A stretch of DNA of 42,605 bases, taken from the NCBI GenBank assembly GCA_000934665.2, contig JYFJ02003387.1, positions 1 to 42,605 of the forward strand, given 5' to 3'. Below, in pieces: positions 36,301-42,605 of this stretch (its first letter is position 1; every line of letters starts with the position of its first letter). This DNA comes from Catajapyx aquilonaris (Eukaryota). Below the pieces are notes generated by a model, which was given only the letters and a program-made list of their open reading frames with translations, was not told the origin of the DNA and ran no database searches. Both the position numbers and the translations under genes were made by a program.

Positions 36301-39300
36301 GCAATGGCACATAGGGGGAAAAGAGCCCTGGATCCGAAGGGGTTAATTATAAGGAACTTGCCATTCTACTGAGCCATCAAACCATACTTGCTGAAGCTCC
36401 AGAATTCACTGTTGGATGATTCTCGACACATATCAATGTCTGCATTGAATTGCTCTAAAGGTATATTTCATTCACAATTTGAAGCAGGACAGGATATCCT
36501 TTCGCATATATTTGCAACCCAGTGACATGAGAGGAAACTAGATTTCTATAAGATAAGTACATTTAGGCAAGAACCAACCATTTCTTTATTTACAAGTGTA
36601 AACTTTATTGTCTTCACACAATATTGATTGTGTTACTTTTTGTGAGTATGACATGTATATTATTAGTTGGAAACTAATTTTACATTTCATGCTGATCAGA
36701 CTGAGAAAAGGCGACCGAAGAGTGCAATATTAATGGGACTCTTGGTAGGTTGGGATGTGAATGCTCTTTTTAAAACCTAAAATGCAGCATCATGCATAAC
36801 AGCACTTTATGCATTCTAGCCCGAATTTTGATGCACTTGTTAGAGTAGGTTTTAACCCTCAAGCCTACGTAACTATATATAATTTATTGCATACAATGAT
36901 TAGTTTACATTGCTTGGTAGAATGATAGGCCTTAAGGTGTATTTACATGTGAGCTATTTGACAAGCGAAGCGGAGCAAAGTAACCAATATTGTTTGAGGT
37001 GAAAGCAACAATCAATTTTCGCCTCAAACGATACTGGTTACTTGGGTTACTCAGCGATGTTACCGCTCGGCGATGACTTTTCTCGTCAAATCGCTCACAT
37101 GTAAACGCCGCTTTATGAATGAATCTTGATAGGCACATGCATGTGTAGCACACAAGGTTTTAATGGCATTTGTTTAGTTATTCTAATGCATATAACCCTT
37201 GCATACTTTCTGTGCAACAAAAAACTTTTAATACTGTAAATACAGGGCAGTCCAATAAGGAAGAAACATTTTTTAAATTTATTCATTAGCTATTTTCCAG
37301 TAAGTAAAACGTATAAGGGAAGAACTTTCATAATGGGAGACCAAATGTGGAAGGGGTATGGGCATGCTGCACCAACCTACCCATGACCTAACCTTCCTTG
37401 CCAGTGGATACATGCCTATCCTTCAGCAGATACATGTCTAGGAAAGTAGGTAAAAGTGCGGGGTCTCTTGTTATGAAAGTGTAGCCCATATAAGGTTACT
37501 TGTGACAGTTGAACATTACTGCTGCTCTTCACACCGACGCTGCTTGAGATGACAACAAGTAGTGTCCCAAAATTCTCGTTTTTCGAGTTTAAGTAGGGCG
37601 TTTTGCAACCTAAAATTTCGCCTCTCAAAAATACCCATGGATCTCAGCAAGGGACACATTAGTTGGCCAAAAATCTTCAGCTGGAAACACATGCCATAAG
37701 CATGTAATATTTGAGATGATGGATCAAAAGGGCAAAGCCACCAACTTTGTGTGCATGTAAACAGCATTTTTTTTCCTTTTTGGACCACCCTGTAATGCAT
37801 CACATTTGAATGACCTGCTGGTACGGAAAGGACTGGAGGAACAGACAAACTTAATTATTGAATCAGCTGAAAGTGGTATTGATGTCACTAGCTTTAAATT
37901 GGATGGCACTATGCACGTTAGCTCCACAGCCTTCCACCTCTGAAGTCCCGACTTCAATCCCCGGGTTGGACAGAGGATACTTACATGGACATCAGTACCC
38001 ATCTCTGTTGAAGCAATAATATGGCAGTAATTATAATTACGGCCATATAGAGAGAGGCGCAGATGCAAGCCAATTCTATATATGATGAAATAATAATAAT
38101 TCATCATAATTATATATAATTGGCTTGCATCTGCGCCTCTCTCTGGAGTGAGTGATCATCTCCACTCAGCTAGGTGCATGTAGTACCACTACCCCTTGCA
38201 TGACCCTGACAATGGCAGAGGTGTGTAGAGAGGGAGGGTGTGCCAACTATGTGAGGGATATGGTACTATGTGGACAGTCAGGGGCCTGGGCAGTTTTGCC
38301 CAGTTTTGGCGATGGGTTCACTAGTTATACCTTAACTGGTTGGAATCCTTGATTGTTCATTTTCTCGGATTTTGAGAACTTGTGTTTGTCGTTATGAATA
38401 ACTCCTGCAGGGCAATTTGCCACTCTGCAGACCTTGGGGACCCATAGGGGAAAAAAGTGAGAAGTGGTGATTGTATAATCATCATACATAAGTTTTGTTT
38501 GTTTATTATTTAAGTTTTGCATATCATACATAAGTTTTGTTTTGTCAGTGAAACATGTAAGATATCTTATGAACTAATAATTTTGTGATTGGACTCCATA
38601 CCAGCACCAGTATGCTTTTTCTCCTGTGTAGTCACATCTTCTTGACTATGTGAAATCACTATAAAAAATTGAAACATTGCATGCTGCAACATTTTTGACA
38701 TGTTTTATACAGGAATTCCCCATACATTAGAGTTTGTAACCATAAATTATTTAGTGTAGAAAAAAGACAGTGGAAAATGTTCTCCCACAAGAAACATTTT
38801 AAATTTTTTAGACTGTTTCATTTCCTTTCCAATCTAAGATGGTTTGCAGCATTTCATTACAATCTGAGCATTGCTAATGTTGCCTGAGTAAGCCTTCACA
38901 TAAGAAAACCACTTTTTGATGGCTCTTCTAGGCCAGTGGTTCCCAAACTTTTTTTGGTCACGGCCCACATCAGATAGGGAAAATATCTTGCGGCCCACCT
39001 AATGAGTCATTTACACCTCGTCACCTCCCTTATTGAGAGCTGCAAAAATCATGCTACACAATATATGTATTTTTTTACGTACTGTGCTCTTGCTCCTCAT
39101 TTCGCAAGATCGTTATTTCATAGTAAAAATAAATAAATTAAAGCTCGCGGCCCATAGTTTGGGAACCACTGTTCTAGGCAATGAGAGGTTATGAAAAATT
39201 GAGTCAAACAAAGCGGACCAGTTGAAGGTACTGTACATGGCCTAAGGGCCGGTTGCACCAGTCGCGGTATATGGAAAACGGCGGGTTTTCACTCCGATAT

Positions 39301-41670
39301 ACCGCGAGAAGTGTTTCGCCACGTACAGTTTTTCTAAAACGGCCCGTTCTCCCTCCCATTTACCGCCGGATCCATCTACCCGCCGATCCTGCAGTACAAG
39401 TTGCTTCTACCGCTGGTTTATGGGTGTTGTCATGGTTGCGGACTGGTGCTAGGGATTTTGTGTACTGTGTGACACCAGGTGGCAACCCTGCCACATGGTT
39501 GCCGTGGATACTAGACGACTAGCCATACTTCCATGACGTCACGGGTGCTGCGATCCAATCAGCGCTCTCCAAAATTTTTGCCCGCTTACGTCTCTCATGG
39601 GCCAGCGTACTACCGAGAACCCCGCGTTTATCTGGACCGGTGCAACACTATGGAATAAACCCGCGGTTTCTCATGGTATATACCGTGTACCCGCGGTGCA
39701 GGGTTCTTCCATATACCTTCCCATATACTGCGACCGGTGCAACCGGACCTAAGTCATGATGAAATGGGGGTGCCAGTATCTTGGTTGATTAACTTGGGCA
39801 TCTTCTACACTGCAAAAACTTGTTGTCTGACTTAACATATAGCAAAAGTGGCATTAGCACGGTATCTGGACGTTTCATCCCTGCACTTTCGTCCCCGGAA
39901 TATTAACCCCCATTACATATTTCGTCGCTGTGGAGTCAAAACCACGTAACTCGAATAATACTAATTTTTCAGGAGAGCAAAAAAACTAAATACAAAAATT
40001 ACACTTGCATTGAGATTTAATTGCTTCACCTGGCCATATCTTCGCTCCTTTTGGGCAAAAAATTACGCCCTTTTGATGGCAGATGCAGCGCAAAATCCCT
40101 GATTTTCAGGATCAAAAACCCGAAATCGGCCGAAAAGCGAGTTACGCGGTTTTGACTCCACAGCGACGATTTGCTTCCTGGGCATTCAACCTCACTGAAT
40201 ATAAGCATCGTTCTGCCCACAAGACAGTGTCCTGAGGGAAGGAAAGCCTGGGAAGGTCAGCTTGGTTGAAGTGGCTAGAGTGGCCAGAATGTAACGCTGA
40301 CCTTTGTATGCTTCACATCTGATGGGGAATAAATGGACAGGTCTAATGGTTACCTTCAGTGCTGATTAGTGATGTGTGAATGTGTGATATTACCAAGTAC
40401 TGAGATATGTTATGCCAGAAGCACTAATAGCTAGTTAGCCAAAAATGCACGTGACTTCCCAGAATAAAATCCCTGGCAGGATGTCCTTGTCAGTGGGCAA
40501 AACCATGATTCAGTGATCTTGGCTATAAAGTAAAGCCAACATAACTGCCTATACAGTTGGGTTATTTTTGAAATCTTGCATTACTTTGTAGTGGATGAAC
40601 ACTGGGGGCTGATGCCCAATTGCACCAACCGAAATTACCGATTCGATAGCTCCTAATGGATCGTTAGGAGCCCTTTTAACATGTGCTAACGATCTCTTAG
40701 GAGCTATCAAATCGGTAATTTCGTTAGTGCAATCGAGCATGAATGAGCGACACTTTTTTTTTCACTGAAATTGATTAGTACATTATTATTTTCAAGCCTA
40801 CACTTATGCACTTCCCATTATTGCAGGATGACTTTTTTAAATGTTAGAATTGTGGGTGTGAGTCACAAGAATTCCCCAGTAGGCTATATATATATTTTTG
40901 CCTAGAATTAAGCATTTTTTAAAAATTTTGCCACAGTGCACAGTAATTGGAATTGTGTGAAAAAACCTTCCAAGATGGAGTGACCTAATGTTTTGTGATT
41001 TGCAGAAAATTGGTTGTGCTAGTCTTGGAATGAGGAATAGTTTGCATGAGAGCTCAGAGATGTGCTGAAACCACAGAAGCAGAACTAATGAACTTTTATA
41101 TCTTTTTAGGGCCACTCAAGTTTCTTGACTCACCTCGACTGGTCTTCAGATGGTGTGTACATTCAGAGCAACTCAGGAGACTACGAAATACTTTACTGTT
41201 AGTATCTCTCACTATTAGTACTTTTGATTTTGTAAAAACATATATTTTTGTGGCGCAATGCGCATATATATGTGTTGTAGGTATCTGGGGGAAATAATGT
41301 GACTTTTCATTTTTAAGGGAATGCAAGTGTGTGTCGCCAAATAGTGCAGTCTTCAGAGCTCAGGGATGTGAAGTGGGCTTCCCAAACATGCACTTTGGGA
41401 TTTGGAACACTTGGAATCTGGCCAGAGGGTGCAGATGGTACTGATGTAAATGCCTGTGTGCGTTCTCATGACGGTGTTCTCCTGGCCACTGGAGATGACT
41501 TTGGGAAGGTGAAGCTCTACTCATATCCTGCCTGCAGGCCTAAGGTGCCCTGCCATTGCTACTCAGGACACAGCAGTCACGTTACACAGTTGGCCTTCAT
41601 GTGCGATGATTCACGTCTCGTGTCTGTTGGAGGCCGTGACACCTCACTGATGCAGTGGATCATATGTTAG
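12815..41670 (+). CDS. EML: Echinoderm microtubule-associated protein-like (EML/EMAP family, EML1-4 type), spliced CDS join(12815..12938,13772..14210,15741..15809,21255..21410,21691..21840,21989..22061,26852..26953,28794..28898,31424..31658,32668..32822,32908..33171,33233..33481,41110..41197,41318..41670), 853 aa
   Basis: Coiled coil (LRERVADLEKKVLEQTDEIVCLRSTLADVLRRL), HELP motif (FFLRGRPITIYVP...PSSRLKLEWVYGYRGRDCRSNL) and EML WD40 repeats (GHTDDVKC, GHSSFLTHLDWS, GIWPEGADGTDVNA, DDFGKVKLY, GHSSHVT). All junctions are GT..AG with matching phases. The first exon is the least certain part. Confidence 0.95.
13772..14210 (+). CDS. EML: EML exon 2: trimerisation coiled coil and Ser/Pro/basic linker
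   Basis: Acceptor tttcattgcag; ORF MIENENESLRERVADLEKKV...; donor AG|GTATAT at 14211, phase 2. Confidence 0.92.
15741..15809 (+). CDS. EML: EML exon 3, symmetric 69-nt exon (RLATKSLFNLHVKPHQSLLQRHG)
   Basis: Strong acceptor cctttttattttctag, donor GG|GTATGC, phase 2-2, open in the required frame. Confidence 0.7.
16854..17108. mobile_element. Possible old hAT MITE
   Basis: CAGACCTGCCAA / TTGGCAGCCC termini and partially matching flanks (tgtca). Confidence 0.35.
17268..17275 (+). CDS. EML: Candidate internal first exon, coding part ME(R), for a short EML isoform
   Basis: gagccATGG Kozak context followed by CG|GTAAGT, phase 2, compatible with exon 4. Confidence 0.45.
17836..17952. mobile_element. 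Small MITE
   Basis: TGGGGTCGAATTTTCGTCCCACTG / CAGTGGGACGAAAATTCCACCCCA. Confidence 0.8.
18793..19691. mobile_element. Non-autonomous DNA transposon with long TIRs (about 170 bp), superfamily unassigned
   Basis: tcattccacttcaagtcagggaacgtggtggctcgaccaactc... inverted at 19530-19688; a second internal inverted pair at about 19025-19070 / 19180-19226. Confidence 0.85.
20463..21202. mobile_element. Mariner-derived foldback made of two 3' ends
   Basis: TA|CGAGG...CCTCG|TA; arms about 340 bp; PYSPDL-like and KLKEHLKG remnants read outward in both arms, LHHDNA in the spacer. Confidence 0.9.
21255..21410 (+). CDS. EML: EML exon 4, HELP motif (TKDAMYNAEEG...RLKLEWV)
   Basis: Acceptor ttttatcttttag; HELP motif sequence; ends at the U12 donor GTATCCTTT. 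Confidence 0.93.
21411..21690 (+). other. U12-type (minor spliceosome) GT-AG intron
   Basis: 5' site GTATCCTTT; branch site TCCTTGAC at 21670-21677, close to the CAG acceptor; no polypyrimidine tract; removal restores KLEWV-YGYRG. Confidence 0.92.
21691..21840 (+). CDS. EML: EML exon 5 (YGYRGRDCRSNLHLLPTGEMVYFVAAVVILYNVEEQMQRHYLGHTDDVK)
   Basis: Manual translation, absent from the ORF track; donor GTAGGT at 21841. Confidence 0.95.
21989..22061 (+). CDS. EML: EML exon 6 (CLAVHPNKLVIATGQSAGHDRREGR)
   Basis: ctttacag acceptor, GTAAGT donor, WD40 sequence. Confidence 0.93.
22517..23433. mobile_element. pogo/Fot1-like non-autonomous element
   Basis: TA|GGGGAGACTAGGGC...GCCCCGGTCTCCCC|TA; internal GTGCCATC repeats. 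Confidence 0.82.
23514..24433 (-). mobile_element. Internally deleted mariner transposon with transposase pseudogene
   Basis: TIR (C/T)GAGGGGCGTTCA; remnants KVSARWVSRHLTPEQK, DAPAHT, LLPHPPYLPDLATSDF and RWTKCVTMEGDYVEK; frameshifted and missing the first catalytic Asp region. Confidence 0.93.
24562..25181 (-). mobile_element. Deleted hAT-type element retaining the transposase C-terminus
   Basis: TIR TAAGGAACGGATTTTTAGG / CCTAGAAATCTGTTCTCTA; minus strand 24730-24880 gives FKYDPVTSLDIERSFSVCKDVLSDR..LTNENMEQLLVCYC (hAT dimerisation-like). Confidence 0.75.
25410..25632. mobile_element. Tc1/mariner-type hairpin MITE
   Basis: TA|CAGGGTGTTCCAAATTC...GAATTTGGAACACCCTG|TA. Confidence 0.9.
25780..26365. 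mobile_element. Mariner-derived foldback made of two 5' ends, GC-rich with few mismatches
   Basis: cagtcaataagtacccgccctgg... inverted at 26365; both arms encode RA(V/M)IQFLCAEGAGPK(A/T)IHT; the left arm continues MRAVYGDTCMAYTTVKDWVHHFSSG (mariner HTH). Confidence 0.9.
26852..26953 (+). CDS. EML: EML exon 7 (PHIRIWNSVSLHTLHVLGVGEFERSLCCVSFSKA)
   Basis: ttattttacag acceptor, GTGAGT donor, phase 0-0. Confidence 0.94.
26966..26995 (+). repeat. (GTA)10 microsatellite, left flank of the SINE
   Basis: Direct reading. Confidence 0.95.
26997..27337 (+). mobile_element. tRNA-derived SINE (head type B)
   Basis: A box TGGCGCTGCGG 27008, B box GGTTCGATCCC 27052, A-rich tail, (GTA)n on both flanks. 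Confidence 0.9.
27338..27412 (+). repeat. (GTA)n microsatellite, right flank of the SINE
   Basis: Direct reading; imperfect at the 3' end. Confidence 0.95.
28040..28377. mobile_element. PIF/Harbinger-like MITE
   Basis: TTA|GGCCTCTTTCACAC...GTGTGAAAGAGGCA|TTA. Confidence 0.85.
28794..28898 (+). CDS. EML: EML exon 8 (DGGSLLCAVDEASDHNISIWDWQKGEIGQKITETK)
   Basis: tttatgtgcag acceptor, AAG|GTAACT donor, phase 0-0. Confidence 0.94.
30031..30130 (+). pseudogene. Possible decayed LINE reverse transcriptase fragment
   Basis: IDRIFSYRYPGFEITSQVNHINYI resembles the (Y/F)KYLG..HI..I region of non-LTR reverse transcriptases. Confidence 0.35.
31424..31658 (+). CDS. EML: EML exon 9 (CSADTVVAAEFHP...GDSNGNIIVWER)
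   Basis: gttaacag acceptor, G|GTAATA donor; overlaps ORF 31439..31684. Confidence 0.95.
31686..32274. mobile_element. Foldback MITE with AAGGG termini and near-identical arms
   Basis: aagggaagtgtaagtgttgtc... / ...gacaacacttacacttccctt; arms about 250 bp. Confidence 0.92.
32668..32822 (+). CDS. EML: EML exon 10 (SNTIARLLRGAHEGPVFSIC...GLEVQ)
   Basis: attacag acceptor (phase 1), CAG|GTAGAA donor. Confidence 0.92.
32908..33171 (+). CDS. EML: EML exon 11 (IPEDVGAVRTV...GHTEEVWGLAVHP...DVGEQ)
   Basis: catgcag acceptor, CAG|GTAAAT donor, WD40 repeats. Confidence 0.94.
33233..33481 (+). CDS. EML: EML exon 12 (VQCTAFSPDG...LALGSRDNSIYIY...VGRCI)
   Basis: ttttgtag acceptor after a 61-nt intron; GTAAGT donor. 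Confidence 0.94.
33591..33828. mobile_element. hAT (Charlie/Buster-like) MITE
   Basis: TIR CAATGGTTCCCAACC / GGTTGGGAACCGCTG, 8-bp TSD ATCTAGAT. Confidence 0.92.
36270..36342. mobile_element. 73-bp piggyBac-type mini element
   Basis: TTAA|CCCCTTCGG...CCGAAGGGG|TTAA. Confidence 0.8.
36935..37112. mobile_element. PIF/Harbinger-like MITE
   Basis: TTTACATGTGAGC.ATTTGAC / GTCAAAT.GCTCACATGTAAA, TTA flanks. Confidence 0.72.
37243..37792. mobile_element. Tc1/mariner-type MITE
   Basis: TA|CAGGGCAGTCCAATAAGGAA...TTCCTTTTTGGACCACCCTG|TA. Confidence 0.8.
38048..38145. repeat. Hairpin of about 98 bp (mini-MITE?)
   Basis: agagagaggcgcagatgcaagccaatt / aattggcttgcatctgcgcctctctct, perfect 27-bp arms. 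Confidence 0.85.
38934..39171. mobile_element. hAT (Charlie/Buster-like) MITE
   Basis: TIR CAGTGGTTCCCAAACT, perfect 8-bp TSD TTCTAGGC. Confidence 0.93.
39246..39749. mobile_element. PIF/Harbinger-like MITE
   Basis: TAA|GGGCCGGTTGCACCAGTCGCGGTATATGG...CCATATACTGCGACCGGTGCAACCGGACC|TAA. Confidence 0.9.
39923..40168. mobile_element. Sola1-like MITE
   Basis: TIR CGTCGCTGTGGAGTCAAAACC(A/G)CGTAACTCG, TSD ATTT (AWWT type). Confidence 0.85.
40613..40739. mobile_element. 127-bp PIF/Harbinger-like hairpin MITE, copy 2
   Basis: Homologous to 9725-9851, TSD TGA. Confidence 0.85.
41110..41197 (+). CDS. EML: EML exon 13 (GHSSFLTHLDWSSDGVYIQSNSGDYEILY)
   Basis: tctttttag acceptor, T|GTTAGT donor (phase 1); highly conserved EML motif. 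Confidence 0.94.
41318..41670 (+). CDS. EML: EML terminal coding exon 14 (WNASVCRQ...DTSLMQWIIC*)
   Basis: ttttcatttttaag acceptor; GIWPEGADGTDVNA, DDFGKVKLY and GHSSHVT motifs; TAG stop. Confidence 0.95.
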
Positions 41671-42009
41671 CTCATTTTCAACCTACTGTAAACTTCATTG
41701 ACGACCATCTATGTCCAAGTTGATGGAGTGGCTGGCCAGCTTCATGACACTTGTGTTCTTGCACCATGTAATCATTATAAAGTAATTCCAGAGGGTTGGG
41801 AAGTTTTTAAAAATCTTGATGAAATTGATTTTATTTTATTTCTATTTTAAATGTATAACCAACAAACTCCATATCACATGTCATGCTGGGGAGAAGGAAA
41901 AGTGATGTATTGTAATCAAAGAAATAAGAATGGAATAGCAAGTCCTTGTTCCTCTTATGCTCTACCTTGCAGGCAATATCACATAATATAAGTGGAATAT
42001 CATGGGCAT

Positions 42010-42117
42010 TGTACTATATCGCCCAAAAAGATAGAGACGATTTTGCATTTGACTCAAGTGCAACTTGCACTTGAATCAAATGCCAATCGTCTCTATCTTT
42101 TTGAGCGATATAGTACA
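42010..42117. repeat. 108-bp hairpin / mini-MITE downstream of the EML stop
   Basis: tgtactatatcgcccaaaaagatagagacgatt... / ...aatcgtctctatctttttgagcgatatagtaca. Confidence 0.88.
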
Positions 42118-42297
42118 TACACTAGTAATGAGGAGGCTTATTAGATGAAGCAGATGGAAAGGATGTGCAGTGAAAGTATCAATTAACTATGCAACGGAGC
42201 CCAAAACTAATTGCACATTCCTGTATTAGTTTTACGAGTACTATCAGTCTACCTGGCGATTTGGAACGAGTTTCCCTTCGTTCTGTATACACATCTA

Positions 42298-42605
42298 CAG
42301 GGTGTTTCAGAGTCACGGGTCAAGCGCGTGCGAGGGGGTGGGGAAAAATCATAGGTGGCGACTACCCGGGTCGGTTTTATAAAACAATGAGAAATACGGC
42401 AGTAATCAATTTATTTATTTCGGCCGGACAGCGTGACGTCACATCCTACTTTCTGTTCGAATTGACTGGCGCGGACTGGCACATGCATTGGGTTGAACCA
42501 GGTTGACGGGTTTTTAGCCTTGCGGGTTGCACTGAAAAAGGCGCTCTCATGCTACACCGACAGGGTACTGAACACACCACTGTACAGTACACTACTTTGT
42601 ACAGT
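42298..42605. mobile_element. Probable Tc1/mariner-type element running off the window
   Basis: TA|CAGGGTGTTTCA terminus followed by CpG-rich sequence; second TIR not in the window. Confidence 0.5.

Noticed and set aside
37915..37990. Degenerate tRNA-SINE-like head (gtcccgacttcaatccccgg)
   Set aside because: Too decayed, with no tail or TSD identified
1..42605. CRISPR array, operon or prokaryotic defence system
   Set aside because: The sequence is eukaryotic with spliced exons, has no regularly spaced direct repeats, and has no long uninterrupted ORFs

Overview
Eukaryotic, intron-rich genomic DNA, probably from an arthropod (inferred from the protein and the transposon families). One protein-coding gene dominates the + strand: an echinoderm microtubule-associated protein-like gene (EML/EMAP, EML1-4 architecture: N-terminal coiled coil, HELP motif, WD40 TAPE domain). 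I traced 14 coding exons by hand from 12815 to the stop at 41670, with compatible splice phases at every junction (2562 nt, 853 aa). The gene has a clear minor-spliceosome (U12) intron at 21411-21690, a symmetric 69-nt cassette-type exon and several candidate alternative first exons and promoters. The rest is a dense collection of non-autonomous transposons: tRNA-derived SINEs, Helitrons, PIF/Harbinger, hAT, Tc1/mariner/pogo, Sola and piggyBac MITEs, decayed mariners and many long foldback elements, several nested. Most ORF-track entries are spurious. I found no convincing new multi-gene system. The best leads are the U12 intron, the alternative N-termini, SINE head/tail swapping and the mariner-derived foldbacks. 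No searches were run, so family assignments rest on motifs, termini and target-site duplications (TSDs) only.
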